Source: an uncultured Actinomycetota bacterium (GTDB taxonomy: Bacteria > Actinomycetota > Actinomycetes > JAHEKZ01). From it: a DNA stretch of 64,000 nt. Of the stretch, positions 11,941-21,292 are shown in pieces. The position numbers were made by a program, and so were the translations under genes. The stretch spans positions 800,001 through 864,000 of the forward strand of contig CAVQYR010000002.1 of NCBI GenBank assembly GCA_963718235.1. The letters are read 5' to 3'. How positions within the stretch are numbered: the stretch's first letter is position 1; the number at the start of each line of letters is the position of its first letter. The notes under the pieces are model-generated. The model was not told where the DNA came from, did not search any database, and saw only the letters and a program-made list of their open reading frames with translations.

Positions 11941-12590
11941 GCACGACCTTCCGGCGACCACCCACGGCCCAGGAGGCGGTCCTCGCCGAGGTCCGCCGGG
12001 CGATCGTCACCGGTGAGCTCAAGCCGGGGGAGCAGGTGCTCCAGGACGCCCTCGCGGAACGGTTTGGCGTGTCACGGGTGCCGCTGCGCGAGGCCCTGAA
12101 GATCCTCGAGGGCGAGGGCCAGGTCGTCTACCAGCCGCACCGTGGCTACTTCGTGGCCGAGCTCGACGTCGCCGACCTGCGCGAGGTCTACCGGATTCGT
12201 GACCTGCTGGAGTCGGAGGCCGTCCGGGTCGCCGTCCCGTCGGTCACCGCGGGGGACATCGAACGCCTCATCGACGCGGCGGCCGACGTCGACGCCGCGT
12301 CGGCGACCGGCGACCTCGTCGCGATGACCGAGGCGAACCGACGCTTCCACTTCACGATCATCGAGGCGGCGGGGATGCCCCGTCTGGCCCGGCTGGTGCG
12401 CATCCTGTGGGACGCCACCGACGCCTATCGGGCGCTCTACTACAGCGAGGCAGCGCACCGGGCCCACGTGCACGAGGAGCACCATGCCGTGGTCGACGCG
12501 ATCCGTCGCGGGGACACCGAGGCGGCCGTCCAGCTGCTGCGCACTCACCGAGAGCGCGCCGTCGAGGCGGTCGCCGCCGTGCTGGGGTGA
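11937..12590 (+). CDS. GntR/FCD family transcriptional regulator
   Basis: LAERFGVSRVPLREAL wHTH, NRRFHF...EH FCD motifs; GTGA coupling. Confidence 0.93.
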   Translation: MSTTFRRPPTAQEAVLAEVRRAIVTGELKPGEQVLQDALAERFGVSRVPLREALKILEGEGQVVYQPHRGYFVAELDVADLREVYRIRDLLESEAVRVAVPSVTAGDIERLIDAAADVDAASATGDLVAMTEANRRFHFTIIEAAGMPRLARLVRILWDATDAYRALYYSEAAHRAHVHEEHHAVVDAIRRGDTEAAVQLLRTHRERAVEAVAAVLG

Positions 12591-12591
12591 C

Positions 12592-13758
12592 CTAGCGGTA
12601 AGCCGACTCCCCGGTGAGCGCCTGTCCGACGACGAGGGAGTGGATCTCCTCGGTGCCCTCGTAGGTGAGCACCGACTCGAGGTTGTTCGCGTGCCGGAGC
12701 ACCGGGTACTCCAGCGTGACCCCGTTGGCGCCCAGGATCGTGCGTGACGTCCGGGCGATCTCGATCGCCTCGCGAACGTTGTTCAGCTTGCCCACGCTGA
12801 TCATCTCCGGCCTGATCGCGTGGTCGTCCTTGAGCCGGCCGAGGTGCAGCGCGAGCAGGAAGGCCTTGTCCAGCTCGAGGGTCATGTCGGCCAGCTTCTT
12901 CTGGGTCAGCTGGAAGCCGGCGATCGGCCGGTCGAACTGGACTCGCCCCATCGAGTAGTCGATCGCGGTCTCCAGGCAGTCCCTCGCGGCGCCCACCACA
13001 CCGAACACGATCCCGAACCGGGCCTCGGACAGCGCGGACAAGGGGCCCTTGAGCCCCCGGGCGTCGGGGAACGCGGCGTCGGCGGGGAGGCGCACGTTGT
13101 CGAGCACGAGCTCGCTGGTGACCGACGCGCGCAAGCTGAGCTTGCTCTTGATCGCCGGTGCGGAGAACCCCGGGACGTCGGTCGGCACGACGAACCCACG
13201 GATGCCGTCGTCGGTCTGGGCCCACACGACCGCGACGTCAGCCACCGAGCCGTTGGTGATCCACATCTTGGTGCCGTTGAGAACCCAGTCGTCGCCGTCG
13301 CGCTGGGCGTGGGTGCGCATGCCCGACGGGTTGGAGCCGAAGTCGGGCTCGGTCAGCCCGAAGCAACCGATGGTGTCGCCGGCGGCCATGCCCGGCAGCC
13401 ACTGCTGCTTGTGCTCCTCGCTGCCCCAGCGCCAGATCGAGAACATCGCCAGCGACCCCTGGACACTGACCAGCGAGCGGATGCCGGAGTCGACGGCCTC
13501 CAGCTCCAGGCAGGCCAGGCCGTAGGCGACCGCAGACGTACCAGCACAGCCGTAGCCCTCCAGGTGCATCCCCAGCAGGCCGAGCGCGCCGAGCTCCTTG
13601 GCCAGGTCGCGAGCGGGGATCTGCCCGGACTCGAACCACTCGGCGATGTGTGGACGCAGCTTGTCGTCGCCGTACTGGCGCACGGTGTCGCGGATCAGCC
13701 GCTCCTCCTCCGACAGCAGGGTGTCCAGGGCGAGCAGGTCCATCGGACGGACAGGCAT
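12592..13758 (-). CDS. Acyl-CoA dehydrogenase, glutaryl-CoA dehydrogenase type
   Basis: GCFGLTEPDFGS, GTKMWITNG, ESVLTYEGT; RBS GGAG upstream of ATG 13758. Confidence 0.9.
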   Translation of the reverse strand: MPVRPMDLLALDTLLSEEERLIRDTVRQYGDDKLRPHIAEWFESGQIPARDLAKELGALGLLGMHLEGYGCAGTSAVAYGLACLELEAVDSGIRSLVSVQGSLAMFSIWRWGSEEHKQQWLPGMAAGDTIGCFGLTEPDFGSNPSGMRTHAQRDGDDWVLNGTKMWITNGSVADVAVVWAQTDDGIRGFVVPTDVPGFSAPAIKSKLSLRASVTSELVLDNVRLPADAAFPDARGLKGPLSALSEARFGIVFGVVGAARDCLETAIDYSMGRVQFDRPIAGFQLTQKKLADMTLELDKAFLLALHLGRLKDDHAIRPEMISVGKLNNVREAIEIARTSRTILGANGVTLEYPVLRHANNLESVLTYEGTEEIHSLVVGQALTGESAYR

Positions 13759-13793
13759 GACGTCTCCAGGCGGGGCGGATCGGGGGACAGGCG

Positions 13794-13805
13794 ATTGGAT
13801 CCAAT
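13794..13805. promoter_or_regulatory. Probable GntR operator ATTGGATCCAAT
   Basis: Perfect 12-bp palindrome upstream of the acyl-CoA dehydrogenase. Confidence 0.6.
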
Positions 13806-13854
13806 ATATGACCCACCCGCTGTCGGTCACAACCCCGAGCCGTAGGGTCGGCGG

Positions 13855-15135
13855 ATGGGTGTTCTGGTCCGCGAGTACCACGACGACGACCTCGAGGGCG
13901 TCGTCCACCTGTGGGACGCCACCGAGCCGCTCGGCCAGGGTTCGGTGTTCACCGTCGCCGAGGGCATCGCCGCTCTGCGCGCCAACGAGCCGGCCGTGGT
14001 CGCCGTCTCGGCTGGGCGGATCGTGGGCATGGCCCTGGCCGAGGTCAGTGGCGAGCGGGCCTGGGTCCTGCGCCTCGCGGTCGACCCGGGACGCCGCGGC
14101 GAGGGACTCGTGAGCGCCCTGCTGCGCGAGCTGGAGCGCCTGCTGGTCGACGAGCACGTGCGGCGGATCGGCTACGTGCTGCCGGAGGAGGAGCTCCTGT
14201 CCGAGGGGCTGGTGAAGGCGGGGTACCAACGGCTTCCGGCGGTGGCCTACTTCGAGAAGGTCGAGGCCCTCGGTCCCGGCGAGGCCTCGGTGCTCAGCGG
14301 CCTGGGCGGGCGGATGCTCCCCTCGGACCTGTGGGCCCGGGTGGCCGGCATGCGCACCGAGAAGGAGCTGATCGAGCGGCGGGTGATCCTCCCGCTGGCC
14401 GAGCCGGAGAGGGCAGCGGCGCACGGCGTCGTCCCCCCGCGGGCGATCGTGCTGTTCGGGCCCCCCGGAACCGGCAAGACGACCTTCGCCCGCGGGATCG
14501 CCTCGCACCTGGGGTGGCCGTTCGTGGAGATCTTCCCGTCTCGGCTGGCCGCCGAACCCGGCGGTCTCTCGTCGGCCCTGCGCGACATGTTCGCCCAGAT
14601 CGGCGACCTCGAGCGGGTCGTGGTCTTCATGGACGAGGTGGAGGAGATCGCGTCACTGCGCGACGGCGTGCCCAGCTCGGCCGCGCACGGCGTGACCAAC
14701 GAGCTGCTGAAGCTCATCCCTCAGTTCCGCGAGCGGGACACCCGACTGCTGGTCGCGGCGACCAACTCCGTCCGGTCGCTCGACTCGGCGTTTCTCCGGC
14801 CCGGACGCTTCGACTACGTCATCCCCGTCGGCCCACCGGACGCCGACGCGAGGCGAGCCCTGTGGACCGCCTACACGCAAGGCCTGGGGAGCAGCGTCGA
14901 CATCGAGGCGCTGGTGAGGGCCAGCGAGGGGCTCACCCCCGCCGACATCGAGCACGCGGCACGGGTGGCCGCGCAGGCGTCGTTCGAGCGCGAGCTGGTC
15001 GACGGTGTCGGCGACGACGAACCAGGAGCATCGACCGTCGACTACCTCGAGGCGATCGGGCAGGCGCGACCGACGGTCACCGAAGCGATGGTGCAGGAGT
15101 TCAACGAGGACATCGACGCGTTCGCGCGGCTGTGA
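13855..15135 (+). CDS. GNAT acetyltransferase domain fused to AAA+ ATPase
   Basis: N-terminal LAVDPGRRGEGLVSALL (GNAT motif A); GPPGTGKT, VFMDEVE, ATN, LRPGRFD. Confidence 0.9.
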   Translation: MGVLVREYHDDDLEGVVHLWDATEPLGQGSVFTVAEGIAALRANEPAVVAVSAGRIVGMALAEVSGERAWVLRLAVDPGRRGEGLVSALLRELERLLVDEHVRRIGYVLPEEELLSEGLVKAGYQRLPAVAYFEKVEALGPGEASVLSGLGGRMLPSDLWARVAGMRTEKELIERRVILPLAEPERAAAHGVVPPRAIVLFGPPGTGKTTFARGIASHLGWPFVEIFPSRLAAEPGGLSSALRDMFAQIGDLERVVVFMDEVEEIASLRDGVPSSAAHGVTNELLKLIPQFRERDTRLLVAATNSVRSLDSAFLRPGRFDYVIPVGPPDADARRALWTAYTQGLGSSVDIEALVRASEGLTPADIEHAARVAAQASFERELVDGVGDDEPGASTVDYLEAIGQARPTVTEAMVQEFNEDIDAFARL

Positions 15136-15154
15136 CTTCCCTCTTCTCGCGCGG

Positions 15155-15517
15155 TTACTTGGCGATCACGTAGAACTTGCGGACCGGCTCGAGGATGTCC
15201 CAGCGGCCGCTCCACCCCTTGGGCAGGGTCAGCACGTCGCCGGCAGTGAGCTCGCGGCTGCTGCCGTCAGCATTGGTGAGGCGGGCCCGCCCGGCCATGA
15301 TCCGCACCGTCTCGGTGTCGGGGCGGTTCTCGATCGACCAGCCCCCGGGAGTGCAGGCCCAGACGCCGACCTGGACGCCGTCGGCGTCGTGCATGATCCG
15401 CCCGGACATCACCGGCTCGCCGACATCGGCTCCGACCCGCGGCCCCCAGTCCTCCAGCGGACCGTCCAGGTCGGCGTCAGTGGCAGCCAGGAACAGGGGA
15501 GAGGTGGTGACGTCCAT
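15155..15517 (-). CDS. Cupin domain protein (DUF861/EutQ-like)
   Basis: GVWACTPG, E...I..G, LPKGWSGRW, VRKFY. Confidence 0.88.
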   Translation of the reverse strand: MDVTTSPLFLAATDADLDGPLEDWGPRVGADVGEPVMSGRIMHDADGVQVGVWACTPGGWSIENRPDTETVRIMAGRARLTNADGSSRELTAGDVLTLPKGWSGRWDILEPVRKFYVIAK

Positions 15518-15670
15518 CGGAGCTCCTCGGGCTTTCGCGGGCTTGGTGCCGACCGGCTGGTGGGCTCGGTCTTCGCGGGATCAGGCAGTGGTTCACGCAG
15601 TGGCCCAGCATACCCGTGACGGGGAGTGACAAGATGCCTCGTCCGCGCGTCGTCGTTGATGGAGGAGCCC

Positions 15671-16987
15671 ATGTCCGACCGTCCGCTCACGGTCTTGTTC
15701 CTGCCGGAGTCGGCCTTCGGCCCGACCAACCAGTGCATCGGCGTCGGCGACGTGCTGCGTCGTCGTGGGCACCGGGTCGTGTTCGCGGCCGAGGCATCGT
15801 GGCGGGGCAAGCTGGAGCCCCACGGCTTCGAGGAGGAGCTCGTGCACCTCGCGGCACCTCCGGCCGACGACGAGCCCGACCAGGACGTCGGCCAGTTCTG
15901 GAAGGACTTCATCCGTGAGACGTCTCCGGAGTTCCGCAAGCCCACGGTCGACCAGCTCGCCACGTTCATCCAACCGACCTTCCAGGCCTTGATCGACGGC
16001 GCCAAGTACTGCGAGCCGCAGCTGAAGGAGATCGTCGAGCGGGTGCGACCCGACGTGGTGGTCGAGGACAACGTCGTCGCTTTTCCGGCGCTGCTCACCT
16101 CCGGTGGAGCGTACGTGCGGATCGTGTCGTGCAACCCGTTGGAGGTGAAGGGTCCTGGTGTTGCGCCGACGTTCTCGGGCCTGCCGGCCGACGACGACTC
16201 GCAGTGGGCGGCGTTTCGGGCGGAGTACGACCGCACGCACCGCGCGATGTGGGAGGACTTCAACACCTGGGTGCAGGAGCAAGGAGCACCGCCGCTGCCC
16301 GAGCTCGAGTTCATGCACGTCAGCCAGGCGGTCAACCTGTACGTGTATCCCGAGGAGATCGACTACACCGACGCCCGACCGCTCGACGACACGTGGCACC
16401 GGATCGACTCCAGCGTGCGCACCACCGACGAGGCGTTCGAGCTTCCCGACCAGCTGCGCGACCGTCCACCCGGCAGCGCCCTGGTGTACCTGTCCCTGGG
16501 CTCGCTCGGCAGCGCCGACGTCGACCTGATGAAGCGGCTCGTGGCCATCCTGGCGACCACCCCGCACCGCTACGTCGTGAGCAAGGGGCCGCAGCACGAC
16601 CAGTACGAGCTCGCCGACAACATGTGGGGGGCGGAGTTCCTGCCCCAGACCCAGGTGATCCCCCTGGTCGACCTGGTGATCACCCACGGCGGCAACAACA
16701 CGACCACCGAGGCACTCCACTTCGGCAAGCCGATGGTGGTGCTCCCGCTCTTCTGGGACCAGTACGACAACGCCCAGCGGGTCGACGAGACCGGGTACGG
16801 CGTCCGCCTGCCCACCTACGACTTCACCGACGACGAGCTGTCCGGTGCGGTCGACCGACTGCTCGGTGACCGGCAGCTGCGTCAGCGGATGGCGCAGCTG
16901 GGTGAGTCGATCCGGGCGCGGCGAGGGGTCGAGAAGGCCGCGCAGCTCATCGAGTCGGTCGGATCCGCCGGCTCCCGGGAGTCGTGA
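15671..16987 (+). CDS. Family 1 (MGT/UDPGT-like) glycosyltransferase
   Basis: VYLSLGSLGS, FLPQ...ITHGGNNTTTEAL..GKPMVVLPLFWDQYDNA; RBS GGAGG. Confidence 0.92.
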   Translation: MSDRPLTVLFLPESAFGPTNQCIGVGDVLRRRGHRVVFAAEASWRGKLEPHGFEEELVHLAAPPADDEPDQDVGQFWKDFIRETSPEFRKPTVDQLATFIQPTFQALIDGAKYCEPQLKEIVERVRPDVVVEDNVVAFPALLTSGGAYVRIVSCNPLEVKGPGVAPTFSGLPADDDSQWAAFRAEYDRTHRAMWEDFNTWVQEQGAPPLPELEFMHVSQAVNLYVYPEEIDYTDARPLDDTWHRIDSSVRTTDEAFELPDQLRDRPPGSALVYLSLGSLGSADVDLMKRLVAILATTPHRYVVSKGPQHDQYELADNMWGAEFLPQTQVIPLVDLVITHGGNNTTTEALHFGKPMVVLPLFWDQYDNAQRVDETGYGVRLPTYDFTDDELSGAVDRLLGDRQLRQRMAQLGESIRARRGVEKAAQLIESVGSAGSRES

Positions 16988-18339
16988 TCGACCCCGCTGC
17001 GCTTGCGCAGCAGGTGGCGCGGCTGGCGCCGCGCGTGCTGCTTCCCGACCGGGCCGGCACGACGACCACAGAGGTGGGCGCCCTGGTCCTGGTCGACCAG
17101 CTCGTGCTGGGAGACGAGCTGGTCGTGCTCCTGGTCAGGGACAGCATCGGCCGACTCCTGGTCGCCCCGGCTCTCGTGACGCCCTCCGGTCCCCGGCGGG
17201 CCCGGGTCGGCGACGGCGTCAGCGAGGCCCTCCTGCGGCTGCTCGTCGGCCGACCCGGTGAGCACGGCCGTTTCGTGCTGCAGCGGCTGCACGGTCGGTC
17301 GGTCGGCGGCGAACGGGCGATGGGGGTCGACCAGACGAACGAGTCGGTGGTCGTCGGTGAGACGGCCGTCGTCAAGTGGCTGTACCGGGTGAGCGGCGAG
17401 CACCCGGCTCCGGGCCGGTTGTCGCTGCTTGACCGGGCCGGGTTCTCGGCGATCCCCCAACCCTGGGGGTTCGTGTTCTGGCGCGACGACGCCGGCCGCC
17501 ACGTGCTGCTGGCGACCGTCGACGAGTACCTGGGCGACGCGACCAACGGCTGGACCTGGGGTGTCGACGACGTGCGGCGCCTGGGCCGCGGCGAGCTGAC
17601 CCTCGCCGAGGCCGCGGCACCGGCGTCGACGGTGGGCGAGATGGTCGGGGCCATGCACATCGCCTTCGCCACCGCCGGGGTCGCCCGGGCCGGCGCAGCG
17701 CAGTGCGAGCGATGGCGACAACAGGCTGACGCCGCGCTCGCCGCAGCCCTGGACGAGGTCGACGGAGCCGAGGGTGAGCGCCTGCGTGCTCGGGCAGACG
17801 ACATCGCGGACCGGCTGCGAGCCTGGTCGCGGATCGACGACCCCACGGTGATCCCCGTGCACGGGGACCTGCACGTCGGCCAGATCCTCAGGTACCGCAC
17901 GACCGACGGTGCGGAGGCTTACGCCGTCACCGACTTCGACGGGAACCCGGTGCTGGAGTCCGCCGAGCGGACCGCGGCGCAGCCGGCCGCCCGTGACGTC
18001 GCCGGCTACCTCCAGGCCCTGGACCACGTCGGGCGGATCGTCGTCAGGCGTACGGAGGGGGTCGACCTTCGGGTCGTGGACGACTGGATCGAGGCGGCTC
18101 AACAGGCCTTCCTGGACGCGTACCGGTCACGGCTCGAGCAAGCGGGTGCGGAGGTTCTGCTGCAGGAGGAGCTCCTGGACCCGATGCGGGTCGAGCAGGA
18201 GTGTCGGGAGCTCCTGTACGCCGTGCGCTACGACCCGACCTGGCGCTACGTGCCCGACGCCGCCATGGCAGCCTTGCTGGCCACGTCCGCCGGGCCGGCT
18301 GGCTCATCGGTGCCTGCGGCCCCGACCGAGGAGAGCTGA
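16984..18339 (+). CDS. Maltokinase/glucosamine-kinase-like phosphotransferase (APH fold)
   Basis: GVDQTNESVVVG...VVKW, VHGDLHVGQIL, TDFDGNP, RDVAGYL. Confidence 0.82.
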   Translation: MIDPAALAQQVARLAPRVLLPDRAGTTTTEVGALVLVDQLVLGDELVVLLVRDSIGRLLVAPALVTPSGPRRARVGDGVSEALLRLLVGRPGEHGRFVLQRLHGRSVGGERAMGVDQTNESVVVGETAVVKWLYRVSGEHPAPGRLSLLDRAGFSAIPQPWGFVFWRDDAGRHVLLATVDEYLGDATNGWTWGVDDVRRLGRGELTLAEAAAPASTVGEMVGAMHIAFATAGVARAGAAQCERWRQQADAALAAALDEVDGAEGERLRARADDIADRLRAWSRIDDPTVIPVHGDLHVGQILRYRTTDGAEAYAVTDFDGNPVLESAERTAAQPAARDVAGYLQALDHVGRIVVRRTEGVDLRVVDDWIEAAQQAFLDAYRSRLEQAGAEVLLQEELLDPMRVEQECRELLYAVRYDPTWRYVPDAAMAALLATSAGPAGSSVPAAPTEES

Positions 18340-19319
18340 TGGACCCGAAGCGATTCCTCGACGACCTGGAGGCCAAGCCGCAGGCGCTGGGCTCCCTGTC
18401 CGCCAGCATCGCCGGGGCCGACCCCTGGCGCGAGGCGATCGAGCGGGCCGGTCAGCCGGCCAAGCGCATCCTGTTCCTGGGGATGGGTTCGTCGACGTTC
18501 GCGGCGGGAGTGGCGGCAGCGAGGCTGCGCGCGTCGGGTCGGTACGCCGTGGCCGAGCTGGCCAGCTCAGCGCTGCTCCCACCGCCGAGTCCCGGCACGC
18601 TCGTTGTCGCGGTGTCGGCGTCCGGTGGCTCGACCGAGACCGTCGCCGCAGCACAGCGCTACGCCGGGCGGGTTCCGCTGGTGGCGCTGACGAACAGCGA
18701 GAGCAGCGTGCTGGCCGGTCTCGCCGACGTCACCGTGGCGATGGGGGCAGGCCCGGAGACCGGTGGCGTCGCATGCCGGTCCTTCCAGCACACCCTCGTA
18801 CTGCTCCTCGCCCTCGAGCGGGCCCTCGGCGCGACCGGACCGGACCTGGCCGCGACGGTTCGACGGTCCGCCGAGGCCACCGACGACCTCTTGTCCCGGC
18901 GTTCGGAGTGGCTGGAGCGCACCACCGACCTCCTGGCCGGACCCGCCGGCACCTTCGCCGTGGCGCCCGCTGCCCGGCTGAGCAGTGCCCAGCAGTCCGC
19001 ACTGATGGTCCGTGAGGGACCACGCCGTCCAGCGGTCGCCTCGGAGACGGGGGAGTGGAGCCACGTCGACGTCTACCTGACCAAGACCCTGGACTACCGC
19101 ATGCTGCTGTTCCCCGGCTCGGCCCACGACGCAGAGCTGCTGCGCTGGACCACCGAGCGCGAGGCGACGGTGGTGACGGTGGGCCGCGCGGTCCCGCAGG
19201 CGACGGCGTCGGTGCGGTTCCGCCATGACGACGACGACCTGGTCCGCCTCGTCAGCGACGTGCTCGTCGCCGAGCTGGTCGCGCAGCGGCTGTGGGCGCA
19301 GGGCCGGTCGACCCCGTAG
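18339..19319 (+). CDS. Two-SIS-domain protein (GlmS C-terminal/FrlB-like sugar-phosphate isomerase/deaminase)
   Basis: FLGMGSS, VSASGGSTET, LTN, LMVREGP...EWSH; TGATG coupling. Confidence 0.88.
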   Translation: MDPKRFLDDLEAKPQALGSLSASIAGADPWREAIERAGQPAKRILFLGMGSSTFAAGVAAARLRASGRYAVAELASSALLPPPSPGTLVVAVSASGGSTETVAAAQRYAGRVPLVALTNSESSVLAGLADVTVAMGAGPETGGVACRSFQHTLVLLLALERALGATGPDLAATVRRSAEATDDLLSRRSEWLERTTDLLAGPAGTFAVAPAARLSSAQQSALMVREGPRRPAVASETGEWSHVDVYLTKTLDYRMLLFPGSAHDAELLRWTTEREATVVTVGRAVPQATASVRFRHDDDDLVRLVSDVLVAELVAQRLWAQGRSTP

Positions 19320-19328
19320 CGGCTGCGA

Positions 19329-19883
19329 CTACGGCGCCGGACCGAGGACCCACAGCACGACGGTCTGCCCGCCGGAGGAGTTGCGCCACCGGTGCGGCTG
19401 GGTGGCCCGGAAGGTGAGGGCGTCCCCGGCGTCGAGGACGTGGGACTGCGCCTCGACGTCGACCGTGAGCTGGCCGGAGACCACGTAGGCGAACTCGACG
19501 TCGCCGTCGAAGGTGTACAGGTCGGCGCCACTCGTGCCGTCGGGCGACAGACAGGCGCGGATGACGGTGAACCGCCGCTGGTCACCCGACGACATGACGA
19601 CCTCGTCGAGGCCGTGTCCACCGAACTGGAGCGGGGAGCCCTCGTTGCGCCGGACCACCGCGGCGCTGGGCGGGTCGAACAGGTCGCCGATCCGCAGGCC
19701 GACCGCCTCGCACACGGCGAGGAGCGAGGGGACCGACGCCGACACCTCGTCACGCTCGAGCCGGCTGAGGAAGCCCTTGGTCAGCCCGGTCGTCTCGCCG
19801 ACCGCTGCGATGGTCAGCCCGCGCGCATGCCGGGCGTCCCTCAGCTTCTGTCCGACGCTCGACCGGTCGGGGCGCGTGGGCAC
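19329..19883 (-). CDS. XRE-cupin transcriptional regulator (PuuR-like)
   Basis: TGLTKGFLSRLERDEVSASVPSL HTH; cupin EFAYVVSG...GDALTF...PH. Confidence 0.9.
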   Translation of the reverse strand: MPTRPDRSSVGQKLRDARHARGLTIAAVGETTGLTKGFLSRLERDEVSASVPSLLAVCEAVGLRIGDLFDPPSAAVVRRNEGSPLQFGGHGLDEVVMSSGDQRRFTVIRACLSPDGTSGADLYTFDGDVEFAYVVSGQLTVDVEAQSHVLDAGDALTFRATQPHRWRNSSGGQTVVLWVLGPAP

Positions 19884-19891
19884 GGGCGGCC

Positions 19892-21292
19892 TCAGCCGTG
19901 GATGAGCTTCTCGAACGTGCGGGCGATGACTGAGGGGCGCCCGGTGCGAGCCTCCTCGGGATCAGCCGCCCCCATGGCGGTGAGCCCCGCGTTGACGCCG
20001 AGCCACCGCAGGGGTTCCGGCTCCCACTTGCGGGAACGGCGGTTCACCCACGGCAGCGTGGTGAGGTCGGTGTCCCGTCCGAGGATGAGGTCGGCCAGGG
20101 TCTGGCCTCCGAGGTGGGAGGTGCCCACGCCGTCGCCGACGTACCCGGCCGACCAGCCGAGCCCGGTGGCCTGGTCGAGCCCGACGGTGGCCCACCAGTC
20201 GCGGGCGATCCCGAGGGGGCCGCCCCACCGTGCGGTGACCTCGGCGTCGGCGACCTCGGGGAAGAGGTCGGCCAAGGTGCGTTGCAGCCAGGCGAACACC
20301 TTCTCGTCGCGGTCGAACTCCGGGTTCACCCGCGACCTGAAGTGGTAGGGCGCACCCCGGCCGCCGAAGGCGAAGCGGCCGTCGGCGGTGCGCTGCCCGT
20401 AGATGACCATGTTGCGCAGGTCGGCGAAGGTCTGCCGCTGGGACAGCCCGATCCGGCTCCAGGCCGCCTCGCTGAGCGGCTCGGTGGCGATCATCAGCGA
20501 GTACATCGGGATGACGTCGCGCTGGTGGCCGGGGAGGGTGGGTGTGTATCCCTCGGTGGCGCGCACCACGTAGGGCGCACGAACGTCTCCGCGGGTGGTG
20601 CGGACCACGCCGGGCTCGATCGCCGTGGCGGCGGTGTGCTCGTGGACGACCCCGCCACGACGCTCGACCGCCTCGGCCAGCTGACGGACGAGCTTCGCCG
20701 GGTGGATGGCCGCGGTGTGCGGGGTGTAGAAGCCACCCACGACACCCTGCGCCGCCGCCTGCTGCCTCGCCTCGTCGGCGGACAGCAGCCGGTAGTCCTC
20801 GTCGCCGAACCCCCACTGCCTGGCGTGCTCGACCTCGGCCCGCGCCTTGGCCAGCTGGACGTCACTGCGGGCGAGCAGCACCGTTCCGCCCTTGGCCCAG
20901 TCGACCGACATCTGCTCGGCCTCGACGACCCGCCCCACCTCGTCGACCGTGTCGAACATGGCCCGCTGCAGGCGCACCGCCTCCTCGCGCGAGGACTCGT
21001 GGGCGATCTTGTCCCAGGTGGCCGGGAACAGCGACGAGCACCATCCGCCGTTGCGCCCGGACGCGCCGTAACCGGCGAGCTCCTTCTCGACGACGACCAC
21101 GCGCAGCGTCGGGTCGTTGACGAGGAGGTAGTACGCGGTCCACAGACCGGTGTAGCCGGCTCCGACGATCGCGACGTCCGCCTCCACCGGCCCGGGTAGC
21201 GGCGCGCGAGGGGTGATGGGGTCGGGAAGCGTGCCCCACCAGAAGGACAGGCCGCGTGGGTCGGTCAGGGAGACGGGGCTCATCGGGTCCAC
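19892..21292 (-). CDS. FAD-dependent oxidoreductase (PuuB/DAO family)
   Basis: VGAGYTGLW, GASGRNGGW, IHPAKL, GYVGDGV, WEPEPLRW. Confidence 0.9.
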   Translation of the reverse strand: MDPMSPVSLTDPRGLSFWWGTLPDPITPRAPLPGPVEADVAIVGAGYTGLWTAYYLLVNDPTLRVVVVEKELAGYGASGRNGGWCSSLFPATWDKIAHESSREEAVRLQRAMFDTVDEVGRVVEAEQMSVDWAKGGTVLLARSDVQLAKARAEVEHARQWGFGDEDYRLLSADEARQQAAAQGVVGGFYTPHTAAIHPAKLVRQLAEAVERRGGVVHEHTAATAIEPGVVRTTRGDVRAPYVVRATEGYTPTLPGHQRDVIPMYSLMIATEPLSEAAWSRIGLSQRQTFADLRNMVIYGQRTADGRFAFGGRGAPYHFRSRVNPEFDRDEKVFAWLQRTLADLFPEVADAEVTARWGGPLGIARDWWATVGLDQATGLGWSAGYVGDGVGTSHLGGQTLADLILGRDTDLTTLPWVNRRSRKWEPEPLRWLGVNAGLTAMGAADPEEARTGRPSVIARTFEKLIHG

